Shown here: in pieces, positions 1-13,520 of the stretch
Position numbering within the stretch: position 1 is the stretch's first letter
Layout: each line of letters begins with the position of its first letter
DNA from: Piromyces finnis finn
Taxonomy: Eukaryota > Fungi > Neocallimastigomycota
Length of the DNA stretch: 64,000 nt
Direction of reading: 5' to 3'
Assembly (NCBI GenBank): GCA_002104945.1
Contig: MCFH01000019.1
Coordinates: 558,001 to 622,000 of the forward strand
Notes under the pieces: generated by a model
The model's input: the letters and a program-made list of their open reading frames with translations, nothing else
Database searches by the model: none
Told to the model about the DNA's origin: nothing
Program-made: the position numbers and the translations under genes

Positions 1-1130
1 TAACATCTAAGGCTAACGTCAAATTAGATGGACAATTCTTGAAATCTAATTTGCATGATCAACATAGATGTTGTGATGACTATGAGGCATATAAACATTT
101 CCAATCGAGCATTTAAATCTATTCCAAAGGACTAAAAGTATAAATAGAAATAATATACTTTCCAGAGAAGTTTTCAAGTGAAGCTTGACCCGAATTATGA
201 AAACCTAAATATAAGCCTCTCGTTCCAGGAACCGACTCATCAGCTTTCTTGAAAAAGTGTCTATAGTTTCGCAAAGTAACACGACAAGGATACTTTGTAT
301 TTGATCCAGAACCATTACCAGTTTCTTGGAGACATAAAAATAATGGTTTAAAGGTAGCTGTGAAATAGCCAATACTATCTCTCTTTTCGTGATTCCACCC
401 ATTGGTGTTCCAACTAAGACAAAACGAAAAGTTATCAGGCTTGTTGGATGAGGAAGAATTGTTGCTATTATTATTAAAGTCATCATTATTAATGGATGAT
501 GCATCAGAGGAATAAGTTGAACTATGACTAGATGACTGTGAAACTGAAGAACTATCAATTATTGAGTTGTTATCAAAGTTGATAGAACTATCGGAATTAA
601 TTGTTGAATGTTGAGATTGAAATTGTGTTTGCTGTAGATCTGGAATATTTTCATGATGGGGAACTTGTTGAAGATTTTGTTGAAGATCTTGTTGAAGATC
701 GGATTGTTGATGAGATTGTTGAACTGATTGTTGAACTGATTGTTGATGAGATAGTTGAACTGATTGTTGAATTGCTTGTTGAATTGATTGTTGATGTTTA
801 TTAGAAACTAAAAATTTTACGTTTGAGTGTGGAAAAAGTGTATTTGTGATTCCTTCTACCTACGAGCTGAAAAGGAAATTGAGGTAACTGAAAGTTTCTA
901 CTTTAACATGTGTAAGATTTTAATACAATCTTTCGATGAACCATGAACCTTGACTAAGAAAAAGTGATCATTGAAAGTCTGAAAATATTTAACACTAATA
1001 ACTGAATTAAATTGATCTTCCAGAATAACCTCGAGTTTTTCCCATAGCATATTAACTGATCATGATCGAATACCACGGATAAAGAAGGAGCGAATATCAT
1101 CTAAGGAGATACCATAAGACCGGGTACCAC
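1..1130 (-). mobile_element. Degraded non-LTR retrotransposon (LINE): ORF1-like remnant, Gln-rich linker and APE endonuclease, running off the left edge
   Basis: Manual minus-strand translation gives a stop-free frame at about 119-859 (absent from the ORF track). It contains LSWNTNG (about 398-418) and LCLQET (319-336), then after a frameshift IGNVYMP (85-105). These are the ordered APE motifs of LINE ORF2. Stops and frameshifts indicate a relic. Confidence 0.8.
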
Positions 1131-4100
1131 GTCTGATATAATTCTTATCTTTAATATAAAGGACGACTGACATGATAATTAATTCTAATTAAAAAAAAAT
1201 ATTGAATATAAAATAAATACTAATAAAAATTATATAATATTGTGATGTCTTTAAAATATTCTTTTTTTTTTTTTTTCTTAATATCACTTGTATTATTCAA
1301 AAAAAAAAAAAAAAAAGAGAAAAGAAAAAAGTTAATCAATCAATTAAATTAAAACTCTTTATTATAAATATAACGTATATGGGAAAAAAAATCTGTCTTT
1401 ATCTTCTTAAAAGTACTGGGTAGTACAAAAATTGTTACGATGCTTTGATTAAAATTTCTTTTTTTTTTTTTTTGAATTCTAGTTGTAAGTTTTCTTTAAA
1501 AATTCTAGTTTTGATTTGTTGTTAGTAAATTCGATTCGCTTTTTGACACTAAAATTATTTGACTTTAACTTTCATTAAATATTTAAATTGGTAAAAAAAA
1601 AAATTTTTGAATCAAAAATGTCGATACCAGAAAGCTTATGAATAGTATTTTTACATGATGTAGAGTGAATCCATCTCTTACAAGAAATAATATAACAATA
1701 GCTACATGAATATAAAAATACAATGCAAATGCTAAAGTTGACTACATTAGATTCTTACAAGAGAAGAGTAGTACTACATGAATACATGAATAAAAGAAAA
1801 AATATAGCAACAAAATGTATTACTCTTCTAATTAAATACTCTACAAACTTACCTGAATACCAAACATTCAACTTATTCATCAAATACTTAAATTCGATGG
1901 ATAAATGTTTTTTAATTGCTCAGTACCATGAGCTTAGTCCTAATAATATTTCCAAATAAAGACTAACCAAGCATCCATTGCACAATACTTGGATTTTTTT
2001 TCTATTCTCTCAGTACCATGAGCATGAGTAGAGCCCTTTGAGAAACTTCATTTATTAAATAAATGAAGGCACGTTCCCAAGAGGGAATTTAGGCTACTAT
2101 TATTCCAATAATTCAAACTTTTTTACAAAAAGTAAATTTCGTTCCTGTACAAAAACATTGTTAATATTATAAAGATTTTTAGGGTGAAAGTTATTGATAC
2201 ACTATGGTGTTAATTAAATTCTACGAATGATGTTGTTTTTTTTTTTTTTTTTTTTTTATTGGATATCATAAAAAATTTTAAAGTGTAAAGAAGATGAAAT
2301 GAATGATTACATTCTTTGAAACCAATAGGAAAGTAATTGGTGGGAAAATTTATTTTAGTAAGAAAAATCAAGAGATCCGTCTATACGTGAAACATGAATC
2401 CCCCTCCTCCCCCCCCCCCGGATGAACTGTAAAGCTGTTCATTTAAATGTTGTTGTTCCACCTTATTGATATACAATTCATCATAAAGTTCTACCAAGAA
2501 GGAATGTATGAATCCTATCTAAAAAAGTTTTCTTTTTTTAACTCAATACACATTGTTACACCTCCTATTACCATGATTTCTTTCTTTAACAATTAATAAA
2601 CCATTGTTAATATAATACCTTTAATACAAACACTTTAAATAATTCAAGAATTTATATTATAAAAAAGAAAAAATAAATATATAGATTATAAAATTTTTTT
2701 ATTTATTTTATTTTATTTTATTTTATTTTTAAAATATATATTTATTTATTTGTCTTTTTTTGTTTCTTTGTTTTTTGTTTTTTGTTTTTTTTTGTTTTGT
2801 TTTGTTTTGTTTTTTGTTATATATATATATATATATTTGATTAAATATGATTCTGTGTATAAATTTTTTTGAACTTTTAAAAAAAGTTTAAAAGACAGAA
2901 TTTAATTTTTGTTTGCTTTTTTTTATTATTTTGTTATTTTGTTTATTGTTATTTTGTTTATATTTCAGTTTTTTTTTTTTTTTTTTTTTGGTTTTTTTTT
3001 TTTTTTTCTTGAATTTTTGTATTTATTTCACTATTATAATAGAAATAGATAGGGATTAATAATAATATATTGATAATAAAAAAAAAATGGATCTATAGGA
3101 TTTAAAATAGCATGAAAGAAAGAAGAAAAATAAAAAAAAGTAGAATAACATTTTTTATTAATATTAAAAGTTGAATTTAATAATAATTTATAAAGTTTAA
3201 TAATGATACTTTTTCTTTTTTTCTTTCTTTCTTTTTTCTTTAATATTGAAAGTAAAAATAAAAAAATATTATTGTAATCATTATAAAATATATTGTTTAT
3301 TTGAATTTGCTATTGATATTGTGCTTTTATTTTGAAATTGATTTTTGTTTTATTTTTTGTTTTTTATTTTTGTATATATTACTTTATTTTTTATTTTGTT
3401 GTATATTGTTTTATTATTATTATTGCTTTGTTTTGTTTTGTTGTGTTGGGTATTTTTTTGTTTGATTTTTTTTTTTTTTTTTAATTATTTTGCTTTGTTT
3501 TGCTTTTTAATCGAAATTTATTCCTTTCTTTTTTTTTTTTTAATCGATTGCCATTTTAGGTTTCATTGTTTGTGTTTGGTTTATGTTTTTTGTAATAAAT
3601 TTTTAAAATTTTAATAACCAAAAGAATATCAAAAAAAAGTTGTTTTTTTTTTTTTAAACCACATTTATATTTCAAACTATATAAAATTTGAAAAGTTTTA
3701 ATGCTTAATAAAAATCATAAAGAAGAAAAATAAAACTAAAAAAAAAAAAAAAAAAAAATGCTTTCCTTTTTTTTTTATTTTGATTTTATAAAAAAAATAT
3801 CAGTTTATTTAAATTTTATTTATATATTATGGTTTTAATTATTAATAAAAAAAAAACACCATTTTTTGTTTTCTTTTTAGACTTTGTTTTTTTTCTTTTT
3901 TGTTTTGTTTTGTTTTTTTTTTTTTTTTTTTTTTTTTTTGGAAATATTTTTTTCTTTAAAAGAATTAATTAAAACATATACTTTACAAATGATAATTTAT
4001 AAAATATAAACGTCATTATTTTTTTTTTTTAATTTTGAAATAGAAAAAAAAATAAGATACTTTTTTTAAATTATTAATATTCCTTTGAATACTTTTTTTT

Positions 4101-4723
4101 TTTTTTTTTGGTGCTAATGAAATATACAAATACCATGTATTTATATATCTTTTACTGATTCTTATTAAAATTTCTTAATATTATATAATTATTAATATTG
4201 TTTTTATTTAAAGAAAAAAACTTTTTTTTACAGAAAAAAAATTTTTCGCCGGATTGACTTTTGAAATTTTGTCAATACTTTTGTTTTTTTTTTGTTTGTT
4301 TGTTTGTTTTTTTTTGTTTTGTTTATCTTGGATTTTTAAAGTTTTTTTTTTTTGTAAAACTTCTTCTTGATTAATATTGTAATAATCTGTTTCGAAATAA
4401 ATATTTCAAAAATAAAACAATATATTACATTATTAATGAGAATTTCTTTTGCTTGTTTATCTGTTTCTTTTGTTGTTTTTATTTAAATTTGTTTATTTAA
4501 TGCGACAGAAAATTTAGTGATTTGCCCTGTCCAAAGTTGTTTTTTTTTTTTATCATTATTTATTTTGAGTTGGATTTTTTTTAAGCTTGACTTCTTTTTC
4601 TTCTTACTGCTCTCAGAAGAAAAAAATTCTAAAATCCTTATTTTTTATTCTAAACGTTTTTTATTTAAAAAAAAATGAAATGAAACAAAAATTTTAATGA
4701 GGATGAATGATGATAACTACCTA

Positions 4724-7700
4724 CTATACAGCGGAGGCTTGTTGTTTTATGGATAAAGATTGGAATTCATTATTAGACTTTTGCTGATAATCATTTGTGT
4801 TTCTTTTAACCATAGTAATAACTTGTTCGAAAAATACCCTTATTTTACTTTCCATATTATTGATGACAGAATTAAAGATATAATTCTTATAATTATTACT
4901 ATTTAATTTCTTGTAGTATTCTTGATTTACCATTGCCTTTGAAAGTTTATCTAATACACTAGTAGTAATGTACAAGGAAAGATCTTTACCAAAAGAAGAA
5001 CAATTTCGTTTAACAAATACATCAAAGTTATTATATTCTTCCATACTAATATGAATATTATATTGTAGTACACATAATATATAAAATTCATATTGATTAA
5101 ATTGTTTCATGGTCATATTTGGATTTTTATAATCTTTAAGGAAAAAGGTGTATATAAAGTACCAGGACTTGTTTTTATAATTATATTCACATGTATCAAT
5201 GGTATACTTATGGCTAATAATGAGACATATTATGAAAAGAAGATAACTATCAATAACAACGTTACGATTCCTTTCATTCATGGAAGAACTTGGGAATATT
5301 GGAAGATCACTATTAATGCGACGCTTACTTCTAAATTCACTAGAAGCATGATCTTCTTCCTTCTTCGGTGAATCGTCTAACTCCATATGTTCACCAGATT
5401 CATCTTTATTTTGGGTGGAAACACGTTCAATATATTCGCTAAATATTTTGTCAACACATTGTCCAAATTCATCATCACGAACTAATTGACTAAAGTTACG
5501 AACAATCTTGTAACGATCAGCAGCACTTTCATAGTCCATTGTTTCAATGAAACGAACATAGAGAATTAAGGCTGAAATACAAGATGTAATAGGAGTGATG
5601 TTCTTGACAATAACAAAGACAACAATCTTGGATATACTTATGAAACTATCCACGTTATAGGAAATATGACGAGAATGTTCAGAAAACATCGCACATATAA
5701 TGGCAAAAACCATACTGAAACGTAAAATGAAACCATAGAAACTAAATTCTTTACCAAAGAGCTCTGTTAATTCTCTTATTTCTTCTGGTGAAGTCACCTC
5801 TCCACCATGAGATTCTAAGTAGGAAAGAATTTTTCTTTCATAACCAATTCTTTCCTTGATTTTACGACGACTTTCTTCTGCACGATGTAGACGTTGCATT
5901 GTTTTTGGATCATCCTTATATTCCTTATGTTTCTCATACTTGTCATAACCTTTACGACTTTCAAATGATGTATTTTCCATAATTTTAGCCATATTCTTCG
6001 CAGTAGTTGAGGTATTAGCTACTGCTTCTTGTAGTGAGGAATTGGAAAAGGTGGATGTATTTGCTGGTTTGGATTCCATGTCTAAGGAATGATAAGATGG
6101 GTCACGATGTGAATTGCTCTTGTTAAGATCCATCTTTGAAGACGACTTTGAATCAATAATAGATTGTCCTGGAGTTTTTAAGGCATGGGTGGACTTGGTA
6201 TCATTGCCATACATGTTATAATTCTTTAAAAAGGTTTCATTCATCGTGCTCTTACTACTCTTACTACTATTGCTTTTTGCAATACGGGACTCGGCATCCA
6301 TACTATAGGATTTTTCAAAGGAAGTAGATTGGTCCATGGCTAAGGTAGCACAACTTTCAGAACGTTTATCAGAAAATCCAGATACATTAGGATTTATACT
6401 GAGCTTTCCAGAGGTGGAAGAATAACGTGAATAATTATTCAATGTACTCATAGAACAATTACCACCACTCAAGGTTTGAGCATCGGATATGGTAGAAGAA
6501 GCTGTAGAGTCTTCACTTTCTGAGGTAAATTTATTCATAAATGATTCAACCGTTTCCAAATCAATAGCGATATCATCATTACTAACATGAGTACGAGCAA
6601 AATCAAAACATCTTTTGCAACATTCATGATCAGTACAATATTTACAATATTTATTGCAATCACGACATGAACGGTTGGAATAAATTTCTGCTACGGTTTC
6701 AACGACAGTTTCCTTATGACAGCTATGATGACAAAGAGTACATTCCGATGGAAGTAAAATATAACTTTCAATTTTACCATTCTTTAATACCAAGTGAATA
6801 CAATACTTACAAAATGTTTGATGATTATCGCCATCAATAGGAGAACAAGGTGGAGAGTAGTATGGATCAGATTGGGAAGTCATATAGGAACTTTGGGAGC
6901 TATTATTGGTCACGCTTTCACCATTATTATTAATGCTTGGAATGGAATTCAAATTACTTATTGAATTATTATTAAAGATGGTACCGTTACCCTTAGCAAT
7001 AACTACAGAAGGCCCATCTATATTCATTGGTGTAGATGCCGTTGAGTTAGTTTCAGAATCTTTGACACTTGGACTACGTTCTGGCTTTTTACTCATTTCC
7101 TTGATATTATTGTAGAGTTCCTTACGAAGGAAATTAATATAAAACAAAAAGAGTTCTTCTTCTCTTTCCGGACTATAACGCATCTTTTCCGGTTCAGCAA
7201 CAATAGTTCTAGAAGTTGTGTTAGCAATGGTAGAGAGTGTGGTATCATTTTCATGATCATGATCATGATGGCATTCCTTTATTGGAGAGGAGTAAGGATG
7301 ACTAGAGTTTCTACTCACCACTGCAGAATTATCCATAACACTTCCTACCATATTATTAATTGGAACCACCATACTCTCATTGGTATAGGAAGATACGGTA
7401 GAATTATTACGCATACTGTACATACTATTCCATTTATTAACATTGATAACTTGTTTTTTTGCCGGTGGTTCTTCACCATTAACATCTCCATGAGAATTAT
7501 AATTTACACTACCATAACGATCAGTAGTTCCTTTTCTTCCTATTGGATCTTGCATAGCATAATTCATATTACGACATAAGTTATTCATATCTGAAGAAGC
7601 TGTTTTTACCCTATTGTAATCATATCCATATTTTTGTTTCATCACCTCATCATAGTTATCACCATAAGATCTCATTCGAATGTTTTGTTTACCCTCTTCA

Positions 7701-8380
7701 ACAAATCGGCCATAGTTATAAGAGCCATTTTGTGAATAGGACGAATTATAGGTAGAATAGTTACCATTATTTATGTAATGAGAATTAATGTTATTATTCG
7801 TATTTTGGGAGTATTCCGGGGGATAATAATTGGTATGATGAATATTGACAGAAGAATTACTATTCATGGAGTATTCAGAAGAAGTATTATCAGAATGACT
7901 ACGTTTTATTTTTACTTCACGTAGATATTCTTCAAAGGTGTAATCACCAGAATTCATGTTATATTCATAAGGGTTACTACGATTATGATGAAGCCCATTT
8001 CTGTACTTGTGTTGTCCCATAGTAGTTGTAGGGTTTTGATATTGAGAAAAAGATGGTGATGGAATACTTGTACTAGTTTGGGAGAGGTTTATTGGTTGAG
8101 AAAGTTGAGAAAAACTCATATTTTCACCATAATGATAATCATCATAGCTTACATTATTTCCACTACCATTGGTCGTTGTTTCCATCATTAATCGTAGATA
8201 ATTGCTATTCAAGGATGGTTTGTTTTTTTGTAGGTATGCATTCTTATTCATAAAATTCACAGAATCATACTCTGAGGTTTTACCCTCCATAGTATTGTTC
8301 ATGGAGGATTTGCTAGGATATTTATTATTATCTGCATAGGTTTGTGCCGGACTTAAATAATTCATATTTACGGCTTGCAT
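4724..8380 (-). CDS. Large PHO80/PCL-like cyclin with low-complexity N-terminus and central Cys/His-rich segment
   Basis: Uninterrupted 1218-aa ORF. The C-terminal LFIICLIISHKYTIDT...NKSWY...MKQFNQYEFYILCVLQYNIHISMEEY matches the Pho80/Pcl cyclin-box pattern (LILAxKxxxD..NKxW..LNxMExEFLxxLxYxLxVxxEEY). Confidence 0.8.
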   Translation of the reverse strand: MQAVNMNYLSPAQTYADNNKYPSKSSMNNTMEGKTSEYDSVNFMNKNAYLQKNKPSLNSNYLRLMMETTTNGSGNNVSYDDYHYGENMSFSQLSQPINLSQTSTSIPSPSFSQYQNPTTTMGQHKYRNGLHHNRSNPYEYNMNSGDYTFEEYLREVKIKRSHSDNTSSEYSMNSNSSVNIHHTNYYPPEYSQNTNNNINSHYINNGNYSTYNSSYSQNGSYNYGRFVEEGKQNIRMRSYGDNYDEVMKQKYGYDYNRVKTASSDMNNLCRNMNYAMQDPIGRKGTTDRYGSVNYNSHGDVNGEEPPAKKQVINVNKWNSMYSMRNNSTVSSYTNESMVVPINNMVGSVMDNSAVVSRNSSHPYSSPIKECHHDHDHENDTTLSTIANTTSRTIVAEPEKMRYSPEREEELFLFYINFLRKELYNNIKEMSKKPERSPSVKDSETNSTASTPMNIDGPSVVIAKGNGTIFNNNSISNLNSIPSINNNGESVTNNSSQSSYMTSQSDPYYSPPCSPIDGDNHQTFCKYCIHLVLKNGKIESYILLPSECTLCHHSCHKETVVETVAEIYSNRSCRDCNKYCKYCTDHECCKRCFDFARTHVSNDDIAIDLETVESFMNKFTSESEDSTASSTISDAQTLSGGNCSMSTLNNYSRYSSTSGKLSINPNVSGFSDKRSESCATLAMDQSTSFEKSYSMDAESRIAKSNSSKSSKSTMNETFLKNYNMYGNDTKSTHALKTPGQSIIDSKSSSKMDLNKSNSHRDPSYHSLDMESKPANTSTFSNSSLQEAVANTSTTAKNMAKIMENTSFESRKGYDKYEKHKEYKDDPKTMQRLHRAEESRRKIKERIGYERKILSYLESHGGEVTSPEEIRELTELFGKEFSFYGFILRFSMVFAIICAMFSEHSRHISYNVDSFISISKIVVFVIVKNITPITSCISALILYVRFIETMDYESAADRYKIVRNFSQLVRDDEFGQCVDKIFSEYIERVSTQNKDESGEHMELDDSPKKEEDHASSEFRSKRRINSDLPIFPSSSMNERNRNVVIDSYLLFIICLIISHKYTIDTCEYNYKNKSWYFIYTFFLKDYKNPNMTMKQFNQYEFYILCVLQYNIHISMEEYNNFDVFVKRNCSSFGKDLSLYITTSVLDKLSKAMVNQEYYKKLNSNNYKNYIFNSVINNMESKIRVFFEQVITMVKRNTNDYQQKSNNEFQSLSIKQQASAV

Positions 8381-11300
8381 TGTTGATATTAAACTTGTAT
8401 TATTTAAAAAATAGTAGATTACTACAGGTCTTGATAATATAAAGTTTTGTTTTAGTTAGATGATTTAATTTTAATAGTAAGCTTTTTTTACCATAAAAAA
8501 AGGACGTATTGTTATAGTTATAATTCAAAAAAAAAAACTCAACAATCGGTTTATTTTTTTCTTTTTTGGTAAAAGCTATATTGTCAGGTTTATTTTTAAA
8601 ATTTTGATGATATAATAATTGTTTAAAAAGTGTAAGGAATAAAAAAATAAATATCTTTTTTTTTATAAATATTTTTTTTTAAAATTAGTGTGAAAATTAT
8701 ACTAGACTTTTTTTAAAAAAAAATAAACTATTTTTTATCAACATAAATATTATATTATTAAATGAATCGCTTGTCACTGAATAGGAACGATAATTTATAC
8801 TTTTGATATAGAATAACCAAACTTTTTTTTAAAAAATCTATAATTATATCTCTATATAAATATATACAAATGGATTGATTTAAAAAAAGATTGGTATGTT
8901 GTTAATTGTATCAAGCCCTCTCTTAAAAATAGTTTTAATTTTTATTCTAAAAATTGTAATACAATAGTTAAACTTTCTTAACAAAAAAATACTGTAATAT
9001 TTTTATCGTTGTTAAAAATAAAAAGAATTTTAAAAAAATTTCTAAACTATCTGTTATTTTTAACGACTATTTTTTATATATAAAGTATTTCAATTTTCTT
9101 GAACACAATTCCAGATTATATCCTTAATCTTAAATTATCTATATACTATTTAAACGATGTTGACTATAAAATGAATAAAACCCTAACCTAATAATAATGT
9201 ATTCTTTTTTTTATTACTTATCCTATTTTGCCTCTCCTTACTATATTTTAGTGGTTGTATTGTGAGGTATGACTAGATGGATTAAAAGGATATTATTATT
9301 AATGTTGTGTGTTTTTAAAAAATAAAAAAAATGTTATGACTATTTTTGCCTATTGAAAAAATTATTGATAAATAATAAATAGTGATGGTTATTGTAGCTA
9401 AACTAAAATATCATAATACTTAATATATTATCAAAATATATTGAAGAATAAATAATACTTAAAATAGTATGAAATAAATAATAAATAAATAATCTTTTAA
9501 ACTATTGTTTCTGAATTAAAAGTGATACCTATAGCTATGCCTATGTTCCTGTTTTTTACAATTGCTAATTTTTACTATATATTTTTTAATTTTCAAGCGA
9601 TTTTAATAAATATATAATTTTTTTGTAAATAAAAAATAGATTGAAAAACTATTTTTTTTTTAATTTTTATTATAATGTTTTTTTTTTTCTTTGTCTATCT
9701 TAACTATAAAATTTTTTAAAAAATTTTTATCTTCTCAAATGAGTGAAACTATTTCATCAATTATATATAAAAAGAATTATACTTTTTTTTCTTTTTGTTT
9801 ATATATAATTCAATTGTTATGTCTCTTTTTCTTTAAAAAACTAAATACTATTTTAGTTTCTAGTTTCATCCATTTATTTTTCCAAAATAAAAAATTGATT
9901 TTTTTTTTTTCCTAAATTCTATACGTTAAAATAGTTTTCAAGAAAGACTTGTTTTTTTTAATGATTTATTAACATTTAACGATTATTATAAAATATTGTT
10001 TTGATTATTTCTAAAAAAATAATTTATTCCTTTTTTTGTATTTATTTATTAAATTGTTTATTATTCTTTTTTAAAAAATATTTATTATCATTGGTATTAT
10101 TAATTATATTGTTGATTTTATATTTATTTTTTTTTGTTTATTCTTAATTCATAATTTTTAGTTGATTAATTTTTATTTGTTTATTTGTTTTCTCTTTTTT
10201 TTTTTTTTTTTTTTTAATATAATTCTTGATACTTTTTTATAAATATATATACTCTTCTTTTAATATTATATTTTCTTTTATCAATTAATCATAATTAATT
10301 GAAAATGTATTCTTTCTCTAAAATTTATTCTTATTTATTCTATTTTATTATTATAATAATAAGTGATATTAAATTGAAAATATATACACTGTTTTATTGA
10401 TAAGGAATATATATTTTCAAATTTAAATTGTCAAAACACAAAGTGTTTTCTTTTTTTTATATATATATAACTAATAAAAGTCGAATTTAAATTAAAATAA
10501 AATTTATATTGTTTTTTCTTTCTTTATTATTAAATTTCAATGTTTAAAAGTGTCTTTTCATAATATACACTTGTAAATAAAATGATAGTAAAAAAAAATA
10601 GAAAAGAAGAATAAAGATGAACAAAATAAAAAAGTATTAAAATCAAAAAAAAAAAAAATAAAAATAAAAAGAAATGAAGACTATCTTTTATTTTTTTTTT
10701 TTTTACAAATTTTTATTAAAGAAAAAAAAGTAAAATTTCTTTAGTAAAAATTGACCTTTTTTTTTTCCTTCCTTTTTTATTTATTTTTTTAATATTAAAA
10801 AAAAAGAAAAAAAAAAAAGAATTTGCAATAATAAAAAAAATTTTTTTTACTAAATTTTTTTTAAGAAAAGTGAAAAATTATTTTTTATATAAAGAAAGGA
10901 TTTTAGGGAAATGGATAATAAATTATTCAACAACTAAGATGTTAAACTTTATTAAATAATAAAATTTATTTTAGCATCATTAAATAAATTAAACTATAAA
11001 AGTTTATATATAAAAAATAATAGAATTAATTCAATAGAAATAATATATAAAGTTTAATAAACGTTTTAATATATATTAATTTTATATCTTTTTAAAAAAA
11101 GATGAAATAAACAAAAAAAAAAAATAAATGAATTGGTTTATATGGTAGAAATCTATTAACTAAATAGAAATACAATATAAACACTCTATTATTCCATAGA
11201 ATAATTATATAATATTATTTATGGTACAATATAAAAAGTATTCTAAATACTATGTATTTATAATAGTAATACATAAAATATAAATACATAAAATAGTATT

Positions 11301-13264
11301 ATATATTATAATAGTATATGTGGTATATAAAATAAAATAGTATTATATATTATAATAGTATATGTGGTATATAAATATTATAAATAGTATTATATTATTA
11401 TATATTATAATAGTATATAATATGTGATATATATTATATAATAGTATTTTATATAAGTATATTATATTATATAGTATTATAAAATAATATATAACATTAA
11501 ATTATTTATATTTTAGAGCATTATATTCTGCTATATATTCTATTGTATTGTATTGTATTATTTATTTAATAAAATATTTTTCTATTTGGTTAAGATACAC
11601 TATTGTATTAAATTCTATTTCTATAGGTATATATATTATATTATATGTATTATTCTATAGTTGCTTATTTCTTTTTATTAAAAGGATAATCAATAAACAA
11701 TTAAATAATAATATATAGAATAATGTGAGTCTATTTATTGTATTTTTTTTCTATATTATTCTGTTCTGTACTTTTATTATTATTCTTTTCATTTGTTTAT
11801 ATTCTATTTATTAATTCATATATTGTTCTATATTATGAATATATGAATGAATTTAATTTTTCTATTTCCATCATTTATTATGAATTGTATGGATGTTGAG
11901 GTTGAACAAAATTTTTTCTATTAATAATTACAGTTTATGGCCTATAGTAACACAAAAAATGAATAATAATGAACGATTTCTCATTATGGATTTCCACTTT
12001 TTTATACTAAATAAGGTTTGAAATGAAGGATGGATAGATGAATTGTGACATAGATTCATTACACTAAATCATTTATTGTAATATATTTGCATAATTATAA
12101 ATTAAAAATGTTCATATATTAAATATTAAATAATAATTTTAATTTAAAACATTATATATGATACATCACTAAAGTTTCATTTTTATAATTAAAAATAATA
12201 TATGGAATAATATAAGAATAAAATTAAATGTTTGTTTAGCATATTATTTATTAAATTAAAATAATTTTAATTTATATATGGGTATTTATGGATTAAATTA
12301 AATTTATTTTAATTTATATATGGGTTAATATATGAGTTAAATTAAAAGAATTTTAATTGATATAAGGATAGAGGAACTTTATTACTTATAAAAGTGAAGA
12401 CTTTTAGTCTATTTCTATATATGGAAAATAATTTAAATTTTCAATAACATATTTAATATTGGGATATATTAGTATATATTGTAAAAAATGATAATAATAT
12501 ATATTATATATTGAAATAGATTCAATATTTTTTTTAAATCATAGAAATGATATCATTCATTTAAAACCATTTAATGTATTACAAAATTTATTATTTAAAT
12601 TGAATCATATAATAGAATTGAATTTTCCATATATTTTATTTATGAAAGAATAGTGTAACCTTTTTTTTTTTTGTAAAGTTTGCATGAGTAAAGAAGAGTA
12701 AAGTATGGATCACTATACAAATCAAACAAAAAAAAAAGTGGTGGTGCGTCACCAGTGTAACCAATCTATGTTTAAGATAGAATAACCATCTTTTTTTTTT
12801 TTTAGAAACACCAATAAAAAGTTTAGCTTAAACCTACACACCTACACCTTAGGTTGCCAATAAAACCAATATCAATTAAGGGTTTTCTACGTGAAAAAAA
12901 AAAAAATTTAAACGGTAATTCATGATGACCAACCCGCCTAATTATACCAAATTTGTCGATATAAGATGTATCAAATTAAAAATAATTAATATTCATTTTC
13001 CATTTCATTTAAACATTCTCTCAAAGATTAATAATACCATATTTAAATAAAAAAAGAAAAACTTTAAAAAATTTTATTTAATTAATTAAATAATCTAAAA
13101 TGGCTGGATTACCATTAGTATGATTAGGATAAATGGTGATAGAATAATGCGTATAATGTTTATTATGATATAGGAATTACGAAAATAATATTAGGTTATA
13201 TTAAATTATATAGAAAATAATGTAGAATGTAAGATAATAATTTATGATTATGATGTAGGATGAC

Positions 13265-13520
13265 ATATTATTATTAAATATTATTATTAAATATTATTAT
13301 TAAATATTATTATTAAATATTATTATTAAATATTATTATTAAATATTATTATTAAATATTATTATTAAATATTATTATTAAATATTATTATTAAATATTA
13401 TTATTAAATATTATTATTAAATATTATTATTAAATATTATTATTAAATATTATTAAATATTATTATTAAATGTTATTATTAAATATTATTATTAAATATT
13501 ATTATTAAATATTATTATTA
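13265..13520. repeat. 13-bp minisatellite (ATATTATTATTAA)n, about 19 copies, grading into (ATT)n
   Basis: Direct reading of the tandem unit. Confidence 0.9.

Noticed and set aside
205-804. ORFs 205-558 and 601-804
   Set aside because: Alternative-frame or antisense shadows of the LINE relic frame.
1600-2220. ORF 1723-1959 and a nearby KHPLHNTW motif resembling the eIF4E N-terminus or a decayed transposase
   Set aside because: No further motifs follow in any frame; too short to support a call.
2640-4720. Poly-T/GTTTT tracts and ORF 3345-3614
   Set aside because: Low-complexity sequence downstream of the cyclin; the Phe/Leu-rich ORF is a compositional artefact.
5093-7579. Plus-strand ORFs 5093, 6906 and 7253
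   Set aside because: Antisense to the cyclin CDS with no independent coding signal.
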